Source of the DNA: a virus | Lineage: Duplodnaviria > Caudoviricetes | Length of the DNA stretch: 64,000 bases | Virus record (IMG/VR): IMGVR_UViG_3300034062_005355 | Direction: 5' to 3' (one strand) | Translations under genes and position numbers: made by a program | Notes under the pieces: generated by a model | Told to the model about the DNA's origin: nothing | What the model saw: the letters and a program-made list of their open reading frames with translations, nothing else | The model's database searches: none | Shown: piece by piece, positions 1-10,385 of the stretch | Numbering within the stretch: position 1 is the first letter of the stretch | Layout: every line of letters starts with the position of its first letter

Positions 1-155
1 GTGGGTTTTACCAACATTAGTGCAATCGCCCGCATGAATTAAGACATCACCTTCACCCAAGATATTATTAAATCCCTTGCTTGTCAAAACTTCGTGTTTT
101 CCGTGTGTGTCGCTGATAAATACAATTTTCATAATACAAATATACTAATAATTTA

Positions 156-755
156 CTAATCCCACCATCCTCTTAACCCTGATCCGTCAAATTGTTCGTC
201 CCAATCAATCTCTTTGTCAAATTTGGTATAATCTTGTCCTTTTAAAATTACGAATAATTCACTCCACTCTTTTTCCTGAATTTCATTAGATCTATCAAAT
301 ATTTTACGATTGTGAATTCTTTCTTCGTCAGTATCGTTATCCACCAATTGAGAAAATCCTGGTTTATCTGGAACATCTTCAAATTCCCAATCATTAAAAA
401 TTAAATCTCCCAATTCTTTTTCAGCCATAGCAAGATAATTATCTTCTCGACAATTTTTAAGTATTTCAATTGCTCGACGCATTGCCTGAACCTTTTTAAG
501 ACGGGTCTTATCAATCTCATTACCATGTTTTTCAATATTACCCACCATATTAGTGTATGATGTTTCCATAAACTCTAATGACCCATTGTAGTCAAACCAA
601 TAGTGATTCCATAAAGGTTTTCTAAACCTCCAAATGTTTTTAAAAAATCGTGGTAAGTCATAACGAAATAAGTCGTATGTCTTATACCACCAAGTGTTGT
701 GTCTAATCATAGTTTTGAGACTATCTCCAAAACTATCCGCAAATTTTATTTCCAT
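156..755 (-). CDS. hypothetical phage protein
   Basis: 199-aa ORF; TAnnTTTG-type promoter on the minus strand upstream of the 757-1008 gene (CAAATATA near 1028). Confidence 0.7.
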   Translation of the reverse strand: MEIKFADSFGDSLKTMIRHNTWWYKTYDLFRYDLPRFFKNIWRFRKPLWNHYWFDYNGSLEFMETSYTNMVGNIEKHGNEIDKTRLKKVQAMRRAIEILKNCREDNYLAMAEKELGDLIFNDWEFEDVPDKPGFSQLVDNDTDEERIHNRKIFDRSNEIQEKEWSELFVILKGQDYTKFDKEIDWDEQFDGSGLRGWWD

Positions 756-756
756 A

Positions 757-1008
757 TTATTCGGGTTTTTGTGTTAATTCTTCAGAGTTGAATTTTTTGT
801 CTAATCTTGTATAAAATTTTTGATCAAGAGTATCTCTCAACCTTCTGCTGAGTTGAAAATTAAGTTTTATATCAATTTCACGATATTGTAGTTCAAATTG
901 ATAAATCAATTTTCTAGCAGTTCCTTCTTGTAATGGTGTCTCACATGAATTGATAACTTTTTCAATCCAATTTACAACGTCTCCATAATGTTTACTTGTT
1001 GATGCCAT
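757..1008 (-). CDS. hypothetical protein
   Basis: 83-aa ORF abutting the next gene. Confidence 0.6.
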   Translation of the reverse strand: MASTSKHYGDVVNWIEKVINSCETPLQEGTARKLIYQFELQYREIDIKLNFQLSRRLRDTLDQKFYTRLDKKFNSEELTQKPE

Positions 1009-1045
1009 TTTATTTTAATTTAGAATACAAATATAGTAAAAAAAT

Positions 1046-1075
1046 AAGACCCGTCAAAATAAATTTACGGGTCTT
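1046..1075. terminator. intrinsic terminator-like hairpin
   Basis: AAGACCCGT...ACGGGTCTT inverted repeat flanked by A and T runs. Confidence 0.6.
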
Positions 1076-1096
1076 TTAAAATAAAAATTAAATTAT

Positions 1097-1516
1097 TTAA
1101 GAGAAATGATGTTTTACTCTATCTAATAATTTTTCGTTGAACTTTATTCCGTGTCTATTTTTAAATTGTTTTAATAATGTTTTAATTGATTCGATTTTAC
1201 CTGATTTAGATAATAAAATATAAGCACCTAAGTCAGCGTCTATTTCATCATCCTCACTTCTTGGACCATCATGACCCATTATAATATGAGATATTTCATG
1301 TGCCTCAATAAATTTTAACACTTCGGCACCTAATCCATTTACTAACTGTTCTCCATCAATAAGAACCAAATTTTGACCTGGAATCATAAAACCATACCCA
1401 TACTCTTCAAAATAGTCTTTTAACTCCTCATATTGAGGATTTTCCTCAAATATTACAGCAATTTGTACACTTGGTAGGAATTCGCTATTGTATATTATTG
1501 GGTTTGATTCTTCCAT
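1097..1516 (-). CDS. putative zinc metallopeptidase (HExxH)
   Basis: AHEISHIIMGH motif followed by E-x-x-A-D. Confidence 0.5.
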   Translation of the reverse strand: MEESNPIIYNSEFLPSVQIAVIFEENPQYEELKDYFEEYGYGFMIPGQNLVLIDGEQLVNGLGAEVLKFIEAHEISHIIMGHDGPRSEDDEIDADLGAYILLSKSGKIESIKTLLKQFKNRHGIKFNEKLLDRVKHHFS

Positions 1517-2373
1517 TATGATAATAATTTATAATATTCGTTAAAATGTTTAATTCTGTCAGCCAAACCTATTGTGCCGCCATTAACTCTTTTAGTTACA
1601 GCAGTTACTGTTGCGTTATCAGATCCTCTATCACAAATTGCCCACAATTTATTGGAATCAAAGAAAAATGCGGCAGATGCTAAAGGATATTTGGTTGCGA
1701 CTAAATCAGGGTTGGAAACAGTATCTTCACCGATGAACCTCGCAAATCTACTGTAATTATCTTTACCAGTCAACTGTATAAAACCCCTACCTCTAAATTT
1801 AAAACCATCCCCTGTTGATTCGGGACCATTACCCATTCTACCACCATAAACTTTACTTGCGATTTTTTGTGGTTGACGTGCGTATGATTCTGCCAAATTA
1901 CCTGGAAAATATTTTCCAAAAATACTCTTAAGACCTGATGCGGAATAATTAACATTTTCGGTAACAGCTTTAAATCCACCTGATTCGTGACCACACTGTG
2001 CTAAAAAATGAGCCAATCTTAAATTATTTGTTATATTAAATTTTGATGCGGTTTCAGGTATTTGTAAAATAACTGAATCGGGTATATGACCTTTTAATTT
2101 ATCAATTTTTAACCCATTAACAGGTAAAATATTAGAGGTTGTTGGAGTTATGATTTTATCTTCTTTAATAATTTCATTACCAAACATTTTGTTCCAAGTT
2201 TCATCACCAACAATACCATCGGCACCTAATCCATTTTTGGATTGCCATTTTTTAACCGCAGCTGAAGTTCCAGGACCGAAGATACCATCAGGTTCTAAAC
2301 CTGCTTTTGTTAAACCCAACTTTGTTTGGAGTTTTTTTACGTCTTCTCCTTTAGACCCAATTTTTAGTAACAT
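1516..2373 (-). CDS. endolysin: peptidoglycan-binding domain + glycoside hydrolase family 19
   Basis: N-terminal GSKGEDVKKLQ..L...DGIFGPGT..AVKKWQ..NGL.ADGIVG; GH19 motifs HFLAQCGHESGGF and FRGRGFIQLTGKDNY. Confidence 0.9.
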   Translation of the reverse strand: MLLKIGSKGEDVKKLQTKLGLTKAGLEPDGIFGPGTSAAVKKWQSKNGLGADGIVGDETWNKMFGNEIIKEDKIITPTTSNILPVNGLKIDKLKGHIPDSVILQIPETASKFNITNNLRLAHFLAQCGHESGGFKAVTENVNYSASGLKSIFGKYFPGNLAESYARQPQKIASKVYGGRMGNGPESTGDGFKFRGRGFIQLTGKDNYSRFARFIGEDTVSNPDLVATKYPLASAAFFFDSNKLWAICDRGSDNATVTAVTKRVNGGTIGLADRIKHFNEYYKLLS

Positions 2374-2447
2374 ATTTATTATTTTTTAAATAAATATATT
2401 TCAAGTATTGATTTTAAAGTATTTATCTATACCAAGATACTATTAAA

Positions 2448-2945
2448 ATGAAAAATTTATTCGTTTTGATGCTAATTATGCTATTATCATCATTTAATCA
2501 CCAAGACCCACCCAAAAAAGTTTTTATTCAATCAGTTAATAATAAGATTGAAGTTGGAACTTTGGCAAATAACAGAAATTTGTCCTTTGGGTTTAAAAAC
2601 ATTCTTTTAGAAAACTTACAAGAATTAAATTACGATGTTGTTTCGTCTGCAGAAGATGCTGATTACACCATCAAAGTTGAATTATTGTATTTTGACGTGT
2701 TGGAAACAAATTCCGGATTCTCAGTTTTTCACAAAAGTGAAAATGAAACTGTATTAAGAATTAGAGGTTATTTGTATAACAAAGACGGCAAAAAACTAAA
2801 AGAATTTGTTTCCGTTGGAAAATCATCTGAGATTTCCATGTCAACACTTATAATATCTGAAGGCGGAGGTATCAACCAGACCTCAGTTTCTAATGTTATA
2901 AAAAAGTCCTCTGAGACATTAATCCTTAATCTATTTAAAAAATGA
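2448..2945 (+). CDS. secreted/periplasmic protein of envelope cassette
   Basis: N-terminal signal peptide; TATTTAT motif at 2420-2426. Confidence 0.6.
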   Translation: MKNLFVLMLIMLLSSFNHQDPPKKVFIQSVNNKIEVGTLANNRNLSFGFKNILLENLQELNYDVVSSAEDADYTIKVELLYFDVLETNSGFSVFHKSENETVLRIRGYLYNKDGKKLKEFVSVGKSSEISMSTLIISEGGGINQTSVSNVIKKSSETLILNLFKK

Positions 2946-4843
2946 AAAAAATCATTTCGGTTATATCCATCTTACTATTAGGTATGGTTGGATATGCACA
3001 AACACCCGAAATAGGACATTTTGAACAACTAAAAACGGTAAGAAGAGGGGACACAATTGATGTTGCATGGTATTACAAACCAGCTTCAGGGGTTGATGTC
3101 AGAACTTTTCAAGTTGATTTTCAGTTTAAGAAAACCCTATTTACTCACATTTCTTCTAATGTTGATGCTGTTTACTCAAACAACTCACCAACATTAAATT
3201 ATCAGGAATGGAAAAATTACAAGTATGGTTCTTACTCGTCAGCAGCAGGAACATACAATTACACATCGGATACAAACTGGACGGTGGGTCGTAACTACTT
3301 AATCTTTGCGTTAGGTAGTTCATCTACATTCTCATCAAACGGTTATATTATCCATAACAAATTCATCATCAATGATGTTCAACCAAATTACGTATCAGAT
3401 TCAATTATTGTGAATTGGTCAAGAATGTTTAGAGTGAATGGAACCACGATAGGAGATAATGTTGCAACTCTATCACACCAAAAACAAGCAATTAAATTGT
3501 TGGGTAATTTAACAATTTCAGGTAAAGTTTGGTTTCCATCAACAATAACTGCGGGTCTACTTCCCACAATTTATTGTTATGAAAACAACACAGGTGTTTT
3601 AGTTTCACAAACAAAACCAACTATTAATGGTAATTACACTTTAATTAATATTGATGAAAAAACTAAATATAAAATTGAAGTTAGGTTTCCTCAAGATAGT
3701 TTAGAAAAAATGAGGGATTATGCTGTAACCATTTCAGATGCTATCAAGGCATATAATGAATATGTTAATACAGATGTTAATCAAAACTATGGTCGGGCTT
3801 ACTTAAAACATGGTTTAGGTTTATTGATTAGTGATATCAATTTAAACTCTAAATTTGATGGTGGAGATCCTTATGGGATTTACGCATCAGTTTCTGGTTT
3901 AAGACCAATTGACCCTTCAAAATTAATAAATGTATTTAGCAAAGGTGAATATGATTCTCTTGTATTAGGAGGTAACCAATGGGTTGATTGGACTGCTTAC
4001 TCTGACAGAGGAAAATTCATTTATGATAGTGTTGGAACAAATAATCTAACATTAGATGTTAAATATTTTATATTGGGTGACGTTGATAGAACACACTCAT
4101 CACCGGTATTTAACGGAACGAGTGAAGTATTTGCTGCGATTTACAAAGGACAATATAATGTTGAAATTCCAAACGCATATTCTGTTGGACAACCGATGTA
4201 TTTACCATTTAACATAAACACAAATGGTGATTATAACAATGGATTACAATTTGAAGTTAAGTATGATGTGAGTAAAGTTAATTTTGAAGAAATAATATCT
4301 AATTTACAAGGTCCGTGGTTACAATATGTTACACATGATAATGTGAATGGTATTGTTAGATTCGGAGCGATGAACAATCAAAAAAAAGGGTCACTACAAG
4401 GTGTAGTGACCCCTTTCAATCTTAAATTTTCAGCCAAAGTCTCAACAAACGACATAACAACTGATGTTGTCGTGAGAGAATTAATGGATGCTTCAGATAA
4501 AGAAGGAGACCATTTTAATATCGTGTTAAAATCACAAAGAGTTGTGATGATGTATAAAACACGAACAATAAATAACATAACAGAGCCAATCGTAAATCTT
4601 TACCCTAATCCAAATAATGGTGAATTTAAACTTGATTTTGAATTACCACCTAATACAAATGTGAATACATCTATTTATGATTATCAAGGTAAACTAATAA
4701 TAAATTTGGGAAATATTGAATCAGGTTTTAATACAGCAAAAACAACAAAATCAGTTGAAGAACCTCAATTACCTCAAGGAAACTATTTATTAGTGGTATC
4801 AGGAGACGATAAACAAATAAATAAACCTTTTATTAAATTCTAA
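2942..4843 (+). CDS. secreted protein with cohesin-/dockerin-like segments and T9SS type A C-terminal sorting domain
   Basis: signal peptide; DINLNSKFDGGD (dockerin/EF-like); GLQFEVKYD...GIVRFGA (cohesin-like); C-terminal LYPNPNNGEF...IYDYQGKLI...LPQGNYLL...KPFIKF. Confidence 0.7.
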   Translation: MKKIISVISILLLGMVGYAQTPEIGHFEQLKTVRRGDTIDVAWYYKPASGVDVRTFQVDFQFKKTLFTHISSNVDAVYSNNSPTLNYQEWKNYKYGSYSSAAGTYNYTSDTNWTVGRNYLIFALGSSSTFSSNGYIIHNKFIINDVQPNYVSDSIIVNWSRMFRVNGTTIGDNVATLSHQKQAIKLLGNLTISGKVWFPSTITAGLLPTIYCYENNTGVLVSQTKPTINGNYTLINIDEKTKYKIEVRFPQDSLEKMRDYAVTISDAIKAYNEYVNTDVNQNYGRAYLKHGLGLLISDINLNSKFDGGDPYGIYASVSGLRPIDPSKLINVFSKGEYDSLVLGGNQWVDWTAYSDRGKFIYDSVGTNNLTLDVKYFILGDVDRTHSSPVFNGTSEVFAAIYKGQYNVEIPNAYSVGQPMYLPFNINTNGDYNNGLQFEVKYDVSKVNFEEIISNLQGPWLQYVTHDNVNGIVRFGAMNNQKKGSLQGVVTPFNLKFSAKVSTNDITTDVVVRELMDASDKEGDHFNIVLKSQRVVMMYKTRTINNITEPIVNLYPNPNNGEFKLDFELPPNTNVNTSIYDYQGKLIINLGNIESGFNTAKTTKSVEEPQLPQGNYLLVVSGDDKQINKPFIKF

Positions 4844-4849
4844 AAAAAA

Positions 4850-5176
4850 ATGTCAGAAGAACAAAACGTAGAGACAAATGACGGAACATGGTCAGGTCTT
4901 AAAAAAACAATTATTGCAACATTAACAACTGTTATTACCGGAGGTGGAGTATGGTTAAGTACTACTTTATTTAGTGGTCAAGAAGAACCACAAGTACAAC
5001 AACCAGTTCAACAAGTGGCACCCGTGATTAACATTAACAACACCCAGCAGCAACAATCTGGTGGTGAAAAAACAATCATCATAAAAGAAAAAGCGCCAGC
5101 GGCTGCACCTGCTAAAAAATCAGAAGAACCAGTTAAACCTAAAAAAGAATTCACAGAAGAAGAACCAAAATGGTAA
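4850..5176 (+). CDS. single-TM membrane protein
   Basis: hydrophobic segment followed by a Q/P/A-rich tail. Confidence 0.6.
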   Translation: MSEEQNVETNDGTWSGLKKTIIATLTTVITGGGVWLSTTLFSGQEEPQVQQPVQQVAPVININNTQQQQSGGEKTIIIKEKAPAAAPAKKSEEPVKPKKEFTEEEPKW

Positions 5177-5742
5177 CTAATCAACAACCAACAGGATTTA
5201 AAGAACTTTTAAGTGCGATGATGAAACGAAGATGGTTTATCACCGCAATCGTACTTGGTGGTTTTATGATTATCATATTTGGCATTTTTTTGGCAATTAT
5301 GGGTAAAACCCCAATGTCCTCTGAATGGAAAGAGTTACTTCTTTTATTGTTAGGTGCATTTATTGGTTCTTATGGTAAAATCATTGACTATTGGTTCAGT
5401 GATACCGACAAAGATAAAATGCTAGTCCAGAAAATGGATGAGGAGGACGGTGTATCGTTATCAAATACTACAGACATACCAAACAACCCAATCGTTCCTA
5501 TGAGTATGGTACCATTAGTTTTACCAACAAGTGAGAAAGTTGAACAACCTGTCCAAGCTAAAGTAGGTGTTGAAATCGATGAAGATGGTGATGGTGTAAT
5601 GGATGGTTTAGATTTCGATGGTGATGGTAAAATTGATGAATATTTTTCACATAGAAATTGTCAGCATGTTTGGGGTGATTCAGATGGTGACGGTGATGAA
5701 GAATGTCTTATTTGTGGATTAATTAAACCAATTGAAGAATAA
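5170..5742 (+). CDS. two-TM membrane protein with DxDGDG Ca-binding-like repeats
   Basis: two hydrophobic helices; DEDGDG, DFDGDG, DSDGDG; C-terminal CxxC. Confidence 0.65.
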   Translation: MVTNQQPTGFKELLSAMMKRRWFITAIVLGGFMIIIFGIFLAIMGKTPMSSEWKELLLLLLGAFIGSYGKIIDYWFSDTDKDKMLVQKMDEEDGVSLSNTTDIPNNPIVPMSMVPLVLPTSEKVEQPVQAKVGVEIDEDGDGVMDGLDFDGDGKIDEYFSHRNCQHVWGDSDGDGDEECLICGLIKPIEE

Positions 5743-6496
5743 TATGAAAAAGTTTAAATTAAACAAAATGAAACAAAAAATATCGGTGTTTATAATATTT
5801 TTATTATGTATTTTAACACAAAATGCTGTTGCTCAAACCATAGGTAAAACAAAGACAGAATCTTATGTTGCGGAATTTGAAAAGAAAAGGGACATAAGTG
5901 ATTATATGAAATACGATGGTCCTCAAATACCAATCCAAATCCTTAAATGTGGTATATCTGAAGAAATGTATGAGATGTATCCAGAATTAAAAGAAAAAAG
6001 AGTTGGTTTGGGCGTTGCTAATATTTCAATGGAATATTTGGAAAACTTAAACAGATTTAAATTTACTGAAAGTCAAACAGAAATTAAGAATCGTATGGTT
6101 TTACAATATAAGGCATCTGCTGCAGGTATTTCCGAAAATAAATTAGATGGTCGAGGTAAAATCAATTTGGCAAAATATTTTGTAACGATTGAATGTTATG
6201 ATTATTCAATATCTGAAGACGAGACAATTAGTTTAAAAGACGGAATTAAAGATAATATGGTAACTCGTATTGGTTTACAAGTAAGATTTACCGATGCGGA
6301 GACTGGTTTAGTATTTGGCGGATCAGGATTAGGTGAGGCTAAGACAACAAGAGAACTTACTTTAATATCCGATGCAACCATCGATCCAATTAAATTCAAC
6401 CAATCAACAATATCAATCGCAACTAAAAAAGCATTAGATGTCGCAGTTGTTAACATTCTTGATAGAATGATTAAAAAACAAATATTCACCAACTAA
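5732..6496 (+). CDS. CsgG/HfaB-like outer-membrane assembly/transport protein
   Basis: signal peptide; LGVANISMEYLENLNRFKFTE...YDYS...IGLQVRFTDAETG...GSGLGEA resembles the CsgG family; start may be a downstream Met. Confidence 0.6.
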   Translation: MKNNMKKFKLNKMKQKISVFIIFLLCILTQNAVAQTIGKTKTESYVAEFEKKRDISDYMKYDGPQIPIQILKCGISEEMYEMYPELKEKRVGLGVANISMEYLENLNRFKFTESQTEIKNRMVLQYKASAAGISENKLDGRGKINLAKYFVTIECYDYSISEDETISLKDGIKDNMVTRIGLQVRFTDAETGLVFGGSGLGEAKTTRELTLISDATIDPIKFNQSTISIATKKALDVAVVNILDRMIKKQIFTN

Positions 6497-6500
6497 TTAA

Positions 6501-7841
6501 ATGAAAAAGTTAAAACCAGTTTTTCTTTTATTATTTGTGTTATTCACAAGTTTAAAAACTATTGGTCAGTCATTAACTTACACATTTATTGACCCATGTA
6601 CCAAAGAAGTAACATATTTTAGTGTTCCAATTCAAAGTGGTGGAACAACAATATTCTTTTTGGGACAACAAAGATATTTCACCGCTGGAGATGTATCCAG
6701 CGGTGTCTTTGCCTCTTGGATAAGTCAAACATATACCGATTACCGAAAAATTTCACCATGCGGAGTACAACAAGTAAGGGTTACACAAAATCAAATTACA
6801 TCACAAATTATAGGTAATACTATTCAAAGCGTAGTCGGTAGTATTATGAGCCAAACAAAAATCGAATCAAATATATCAAAAGATGATAAAAATAATACTA
6901 ATGATGGTTCTACTACCCCTAACATTACTAGCAATAGTGATAGAACTAGCAATAATAATCAAGGAAATACGACTTCAAATACAGGATCGTCAAGTTCTAA
7001 AAATGAATCCAATGGTGGTAGTAATAATGGAACTAATAATAAAAATAACGGATCGGGTACATCAACAAATCAAGGAGATAAAAATACTGAAACTAAAAAA
7101 GAAGATAATGAAGTAGTTGGTGCGACAACAATGACCGTAGATGCCAATAACGATAAGGGTGGTAATGGAGGATCAAGTAAAAGTAATACAAGAAATAATC
7201 CCGTTATCGTTTCATCAGATCTAACAAGCGCACAAAATTTAGACAGAAGTTATACAGGTATCATAAATGTCGGAATGTCACAATCATCTATGACTGGAAC
7301 CTCAAGTTGGGGTGTTAATTCCATGATTTGGTTTAATCTTAATCAGTTTGCAATAACTGGTAGATACACAAAAATACAATATAATAAAACTCGTAAAATA
7401 AAATTGATTCACAATTTGAACTTAACAGGATTATATTCTTATGGAAATATATTAGGATTTGCGGGTTATAGTACAATATTAAATGCGGGTAAATTTGGTA
7501 TAACGGGAGTTAATGTTAGTGGTGCGATAACAAAAACACCTGAAGATGAAAATTTATTTATTAGTCCTTCGGCAACCGCGTTTTACACTAAACCATTTAG
7601 AGTTGGAAAAAAATTAGTCCTATCACCTGAATTGTATGTTATCTCAACTCCATTGATTTATTCATCTGTGGATAAAGTTACAGTATCAGATAGAACATTT
7701 AGTTCATTTATTGGAACAGGTGTTGATTACCAAATCTCAAGAAAATTTAAAGTAAATATTAATTACAAATTAAACATGAGTACCAATCCTGATTTTCCAG
7801 TTCTTTCGTTTTTCTTAATTGGATCAAAGATTAATTTATGA
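6501..7841 (+). CDS. putative outer-membrane beta-barrel protein with N/S/G-rich linker
   Basis: signal peptide, low-complexity linker, alternating amphipathic strands in the C-terminal half. Confidence 0.55.
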   Translation: MKKLKPVFLLLFVLFTSLKTIGQSLTYTFIDPCTKEVTYFSVPIQSGGTTIFFLGQQRYFTAGDVSSGVFASWISQTYTDYRKISPCGVQQVRVTQNQITSQIIGNTIQSVVGSIMSQTKIESNISKDDKNNTNDGSTTPNITSNSDRTSNNNQGNTTSNTGSSSSKNESNGGSNNGTNNKNNGSGTSTNQGDKNTETKKEDNEVVGATTMTVDANNDKGGNGGSSKSNTRNNPVIVSSDLTSAQNLDRSYTGIINVGMSQSSMTGTSSWGVNSMIWFNLNQFAITGRYTKIQYNKTRKIKLIHNLNLTGLYSYGNILGFAGYSTILNAGKFGITGVNVSGAITKTPEDENLFISPSATAFYTKPFRVGKKLVLSPELYVISTPLIYSSVDKVTVSDRTFSSFIGTGVDYQISRKFKVNINYKLNMSTNPDFPVLSFFLIGSKINL

Positions 7842-8947
7842 TGAGACATATAATTTTTATAATACTATTTTTAATTACGTTTTCATTAAGTGCTCAATCA
7901 CCCTTATGTACCAGTAGACCTACAACATTTTGTTGTGAGTATGTTTCAAGTGTTACTATAAACGGTAGAACATATAGTGGTAGTAATGGATTTGCGGCAT
8001 CCTCAGGTGGAAATCCTGCGGGTTATTATGATTATACAACAGGAACTGGTATTCCAACGATAACCGCAGGTCAAAATATTTCAATTTCATATACAGCGGT
8101 TACGAATGGTAATTATATGGAATATTTTAAATTATGGATAGATTTTAATGGTAATGGTAGTTTAACAGATCCGGGTGAGTTAGTTCATAGTAATAATGTT
8201 TCTTGGGTCGGAACAAGAACAATTAACGCAACATTTGTAGTTCCAACAACAGTATTTAACGGACAAGTGTATATGAGATTTATTATGCAATATTCAGGTT
8301 CACCTATTATATGTGGAACCTACCCTTATGGTAATACTTTTGACTTTAAGACTACAATTGCAGGTGCCCAACCAAATCCTAATCAACCAATACCAACAGA
8401 AACTATAAGTGGTAAAATCAGTATTCCAATAGGATTATCTGTAAGACCAAAAGTTATGTTGTATAAAGTAATTGGAACCTCGTTAAGTTTAATTGATAGT
8501 GTAATTGTTGATGTTAATGGTAATTACATTTTGAAACCTAATGAATATAATGTAACATATAGAGTAGTTCCATCTTATTCTGCTGTGTTGACCTCATCGG
8601 ATTTGGTTAATCTTTTAGATGAAGCAAAAAATGTTAGTGTCCCACCAAAATTATCACCAGGATTAATATTAAATACGGGTCCAAAAATGATGGCAGGAGA
8701 CATAAATAACGACGGCAAAGTGTATATTGATGACGGATATTTGTTGGCGAGAAATCTATCGGGAATGAACCCTATAAACACAGTATATTGGTTTACCGAC
8801 TCACAATACTCAACAATCACATTAAGTAATTTTAACATAATAACACCATCGTCACACTTTATTGTTAATTTTACAACATTTTCAGTTATATTAAACATAA
8901 AATATGTTGTTTTAGGTGATACTAACTTATCATCTTCTTCACAATAA
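7838..8947 (+). CDS. secreted GEVED-domain protein with dockerin-like motif
   Basis: EYVSSVTING...YYDYT...KLWIDFNGNGSLTDPGELV...MRFIMQY...GNTFDF (GEVED-like); GDINNDGKVYIDD. Confidence 0.65.
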   Translation: MMRHIIFIILFLITFSLSAQSPLCTSRPTTFCCEYVSSVTINGRTYSGSNGFAASSGGNPAGYYDYTTGTGIPTITAGQNISISYTAVTNGNYMEYFKLWIDFNGNGSLTDPGELVHSNNVSWVGTRTINATFVVPTTVFNGQVYMRFIMQYSGSPIICGTYPYGNTFDFKTTIAGAQPNPNQPIPTETISGKISIPIGLSVRPKVMLYKVIGTSLSLIDSVIVDVNGNYILKPNEYNVTYRVVPSYSAVLTSSDLVNLLDEAKNVSVPPKLSPGLILNTGPKMMAGDINNDGKVYIDDGYLLARNLSGMNPINTVYWFTDSQYSTITLSNFNIITPSSHFIVNFTTFSVILNIKYVVLGDTNLSSSSQ

Positions 8948-8948
8948 G

Positions 8949-9140
8949 TTAATTCTCAACCTCAATACCAGTATTTGATATTGAAATCCAAATATCAAAT
9001 AGTAAAAATACCAAGTAAAACTCTATATCTGAAATTGAGTGTATTTCAGGGTAATTATATTCCTCGTATAACCAATATATTACCTTAAATGCGACTATTA
9101 TCCGTATTATAAGTAAAAAAAACCCTAGTAGTATTTTCAT
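8949..9140 (-). CDS. small membrane protein
   Basis: 63-aa hydrophobic ORF; minus-strand promoter CAAATATA at ~9145. Confidence 0.5.
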   Translation of the reverse strand: MKILLGFFLLIIRIIVAFKVIYWLYEEYNYPEIHSISDIEFYLVFLLFDIWISISNTGIEVEN

Positions 9141-9182
9141 AATACAAATATAAACTATTTATTAAAATAAAACAAAAATATT

Positions 9183-9806
9183 ATGAATTTACGTGAATTT
9201 ATTAAAGAACAATTAGAGAAACATTTAGATAAAACTTTAATATTAAAGGAGGAAACTAAAGTTTCTGAATCGTTAAAGTATCATATTGATAATAATATAT
9301 CTTTAACTGACAATATTTTTAGAGTTTATTCCGAAAGTTATTTTGATTTAGTAAATGAAGTAAGAGAACTTTACAATAAAGGTAAAATTGAACTTAATGA
9401 AGAAGATAAATTAATGGTTGAATCTGATTTAGGTAAAAAAGTTAAGATAGGTAAAGAATATATTTATTTAGACGCTCCTTACATTTATGAAACTGAAACT
9501 GAGGAGGATATTTTGTCCGAAGCAAAACATCGTGGTAAAAATGTTAAACTTGGTAAGCCATTTAGAACTTCAGGTGGTCCTAAAAAGTTTGCGGTATATG
9601 TAAAAAGTAAAAGTGGTGGAGTTAAAAAGGTAACTTTTGGAGATCCAGGATTAAAAGTAAAAAATTCAAACAAAAAAGCGGCAAAATCTTTCAGAGCAAG
9701 ACACAATTGTAAAGATAAAAAAGATAGAACAACTGCTGGATACTGGAGCTGCAATGTGGGACGTTATGCTAAACAATTAGGTTTATCTTCATCAAATTCT
9801 TGGTAA
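9183..9806 (+). CDS. phage protein with basic C-terminal domain
   Basis: KKFAVYVK...KKVTFGD...KSFRARHNC...TAGYWSC; TATTTAT at 9156-9162. Confidence 0.65.
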   Translation: MNLREFIKEQLEKHLDKTLILKEETKVSESLKYHIDNNISLTDNIFRVYSESYFDLVNEVRELYNKGKIELNEEDKLMVESDLGKKVKIGKEYIYLDAPYIYETETEEDILSEAKHRGKNVKLGKPFRTSGGPKKFAVYVKSKSGGVKKVTFGDPGLKVKNSNKKAAKSFRARHNCKDKKDRTTAGYWSCNVGRYAKQLGLSSSNSW

Positions 9807-10099
9807 TGGAAATAGAAAAAATTAAAAAATATCTACAGGTTTATTTAGATGAGGTAATTATTCCCGAACTTAATAATGAATTAGTTGGTGAAAATGACGA
9901 ACCAATAAATGTCACCATATATAAAATAAATTATGGTGAGGCAAATCCGAACAGAATAAACTTTTTTTTAGATATGGACCCAGATTGGTCTAAAGGAAGT
10001 TTTACTAATAAAATTAATTCTGATATATCAAGTTTTTTTAGAATGTTAGGTGTTGACAAGAATCTACACATTTATTGGAATAAAAGACCCTTATTTTAA
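9800..10099 (+). CDS. hypothetical protein
   Basis: 99-aa ORF overlapping the previous stop. Confidence 0.55.
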   Translation: MVMEIEKIKKYLQVYLDEVIIPELNNELVGENDEPINVTIYKINYGEANPNRINFFLDMDPDWSKGSFTNKINSDISSFFRMLGVDKNLHIYWNKRPLF

Positions 10100-10100
10100 T

Positions 10101-10370
10101 ATGGATTTCCCATTTGAACAGATAGAAAAAGAAGGTAAAATAGTTAGGACATTTAGTCCTGATGTTGAGGAAGATGAATTAAAATGGCATCAAGATTTAA
10201 AAGACCGAAAAGTTACTATTATTGAGTGCGGAGGATGGTCTTTTCAAATGGAAGATGAATTACCAATCAAATTACAAAATGCCAAACAAATATTCATTCC
10301 GAAATTTGCTTGGCATCGAGTTTTAAAGGGTAATGGTGAGTTAATTGTTGAAATAGAAGAACTCACTTAG
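10101..10370 (+). CDS. cupin-like protein
   Basis: WHQDLKDR...IFIPKFAWHRVLKG; start reassigned to the ATG at 10101, right after the upstream stop. Confidence 0.5.
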   Translation: MDFPFEQIEKEGKIVRTFSPDVEEDELKWHQDLKDRKVTIIECGGWSFQMEDELPIKLQNAKQIFIPKFAWHRVLKGNGELIVEIEELT

Positions 10371-10385
10371 TTTTTATCACTAATA

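Noticed and set aside
1574-8898. Antisense/alternate-frame ORFs inside GH19, T9SS, CsgG-like and GEVED genes (and similar ones in clpC and other long genes)
   Set aside because: Fully nested in well-supported genes with no independent signals.
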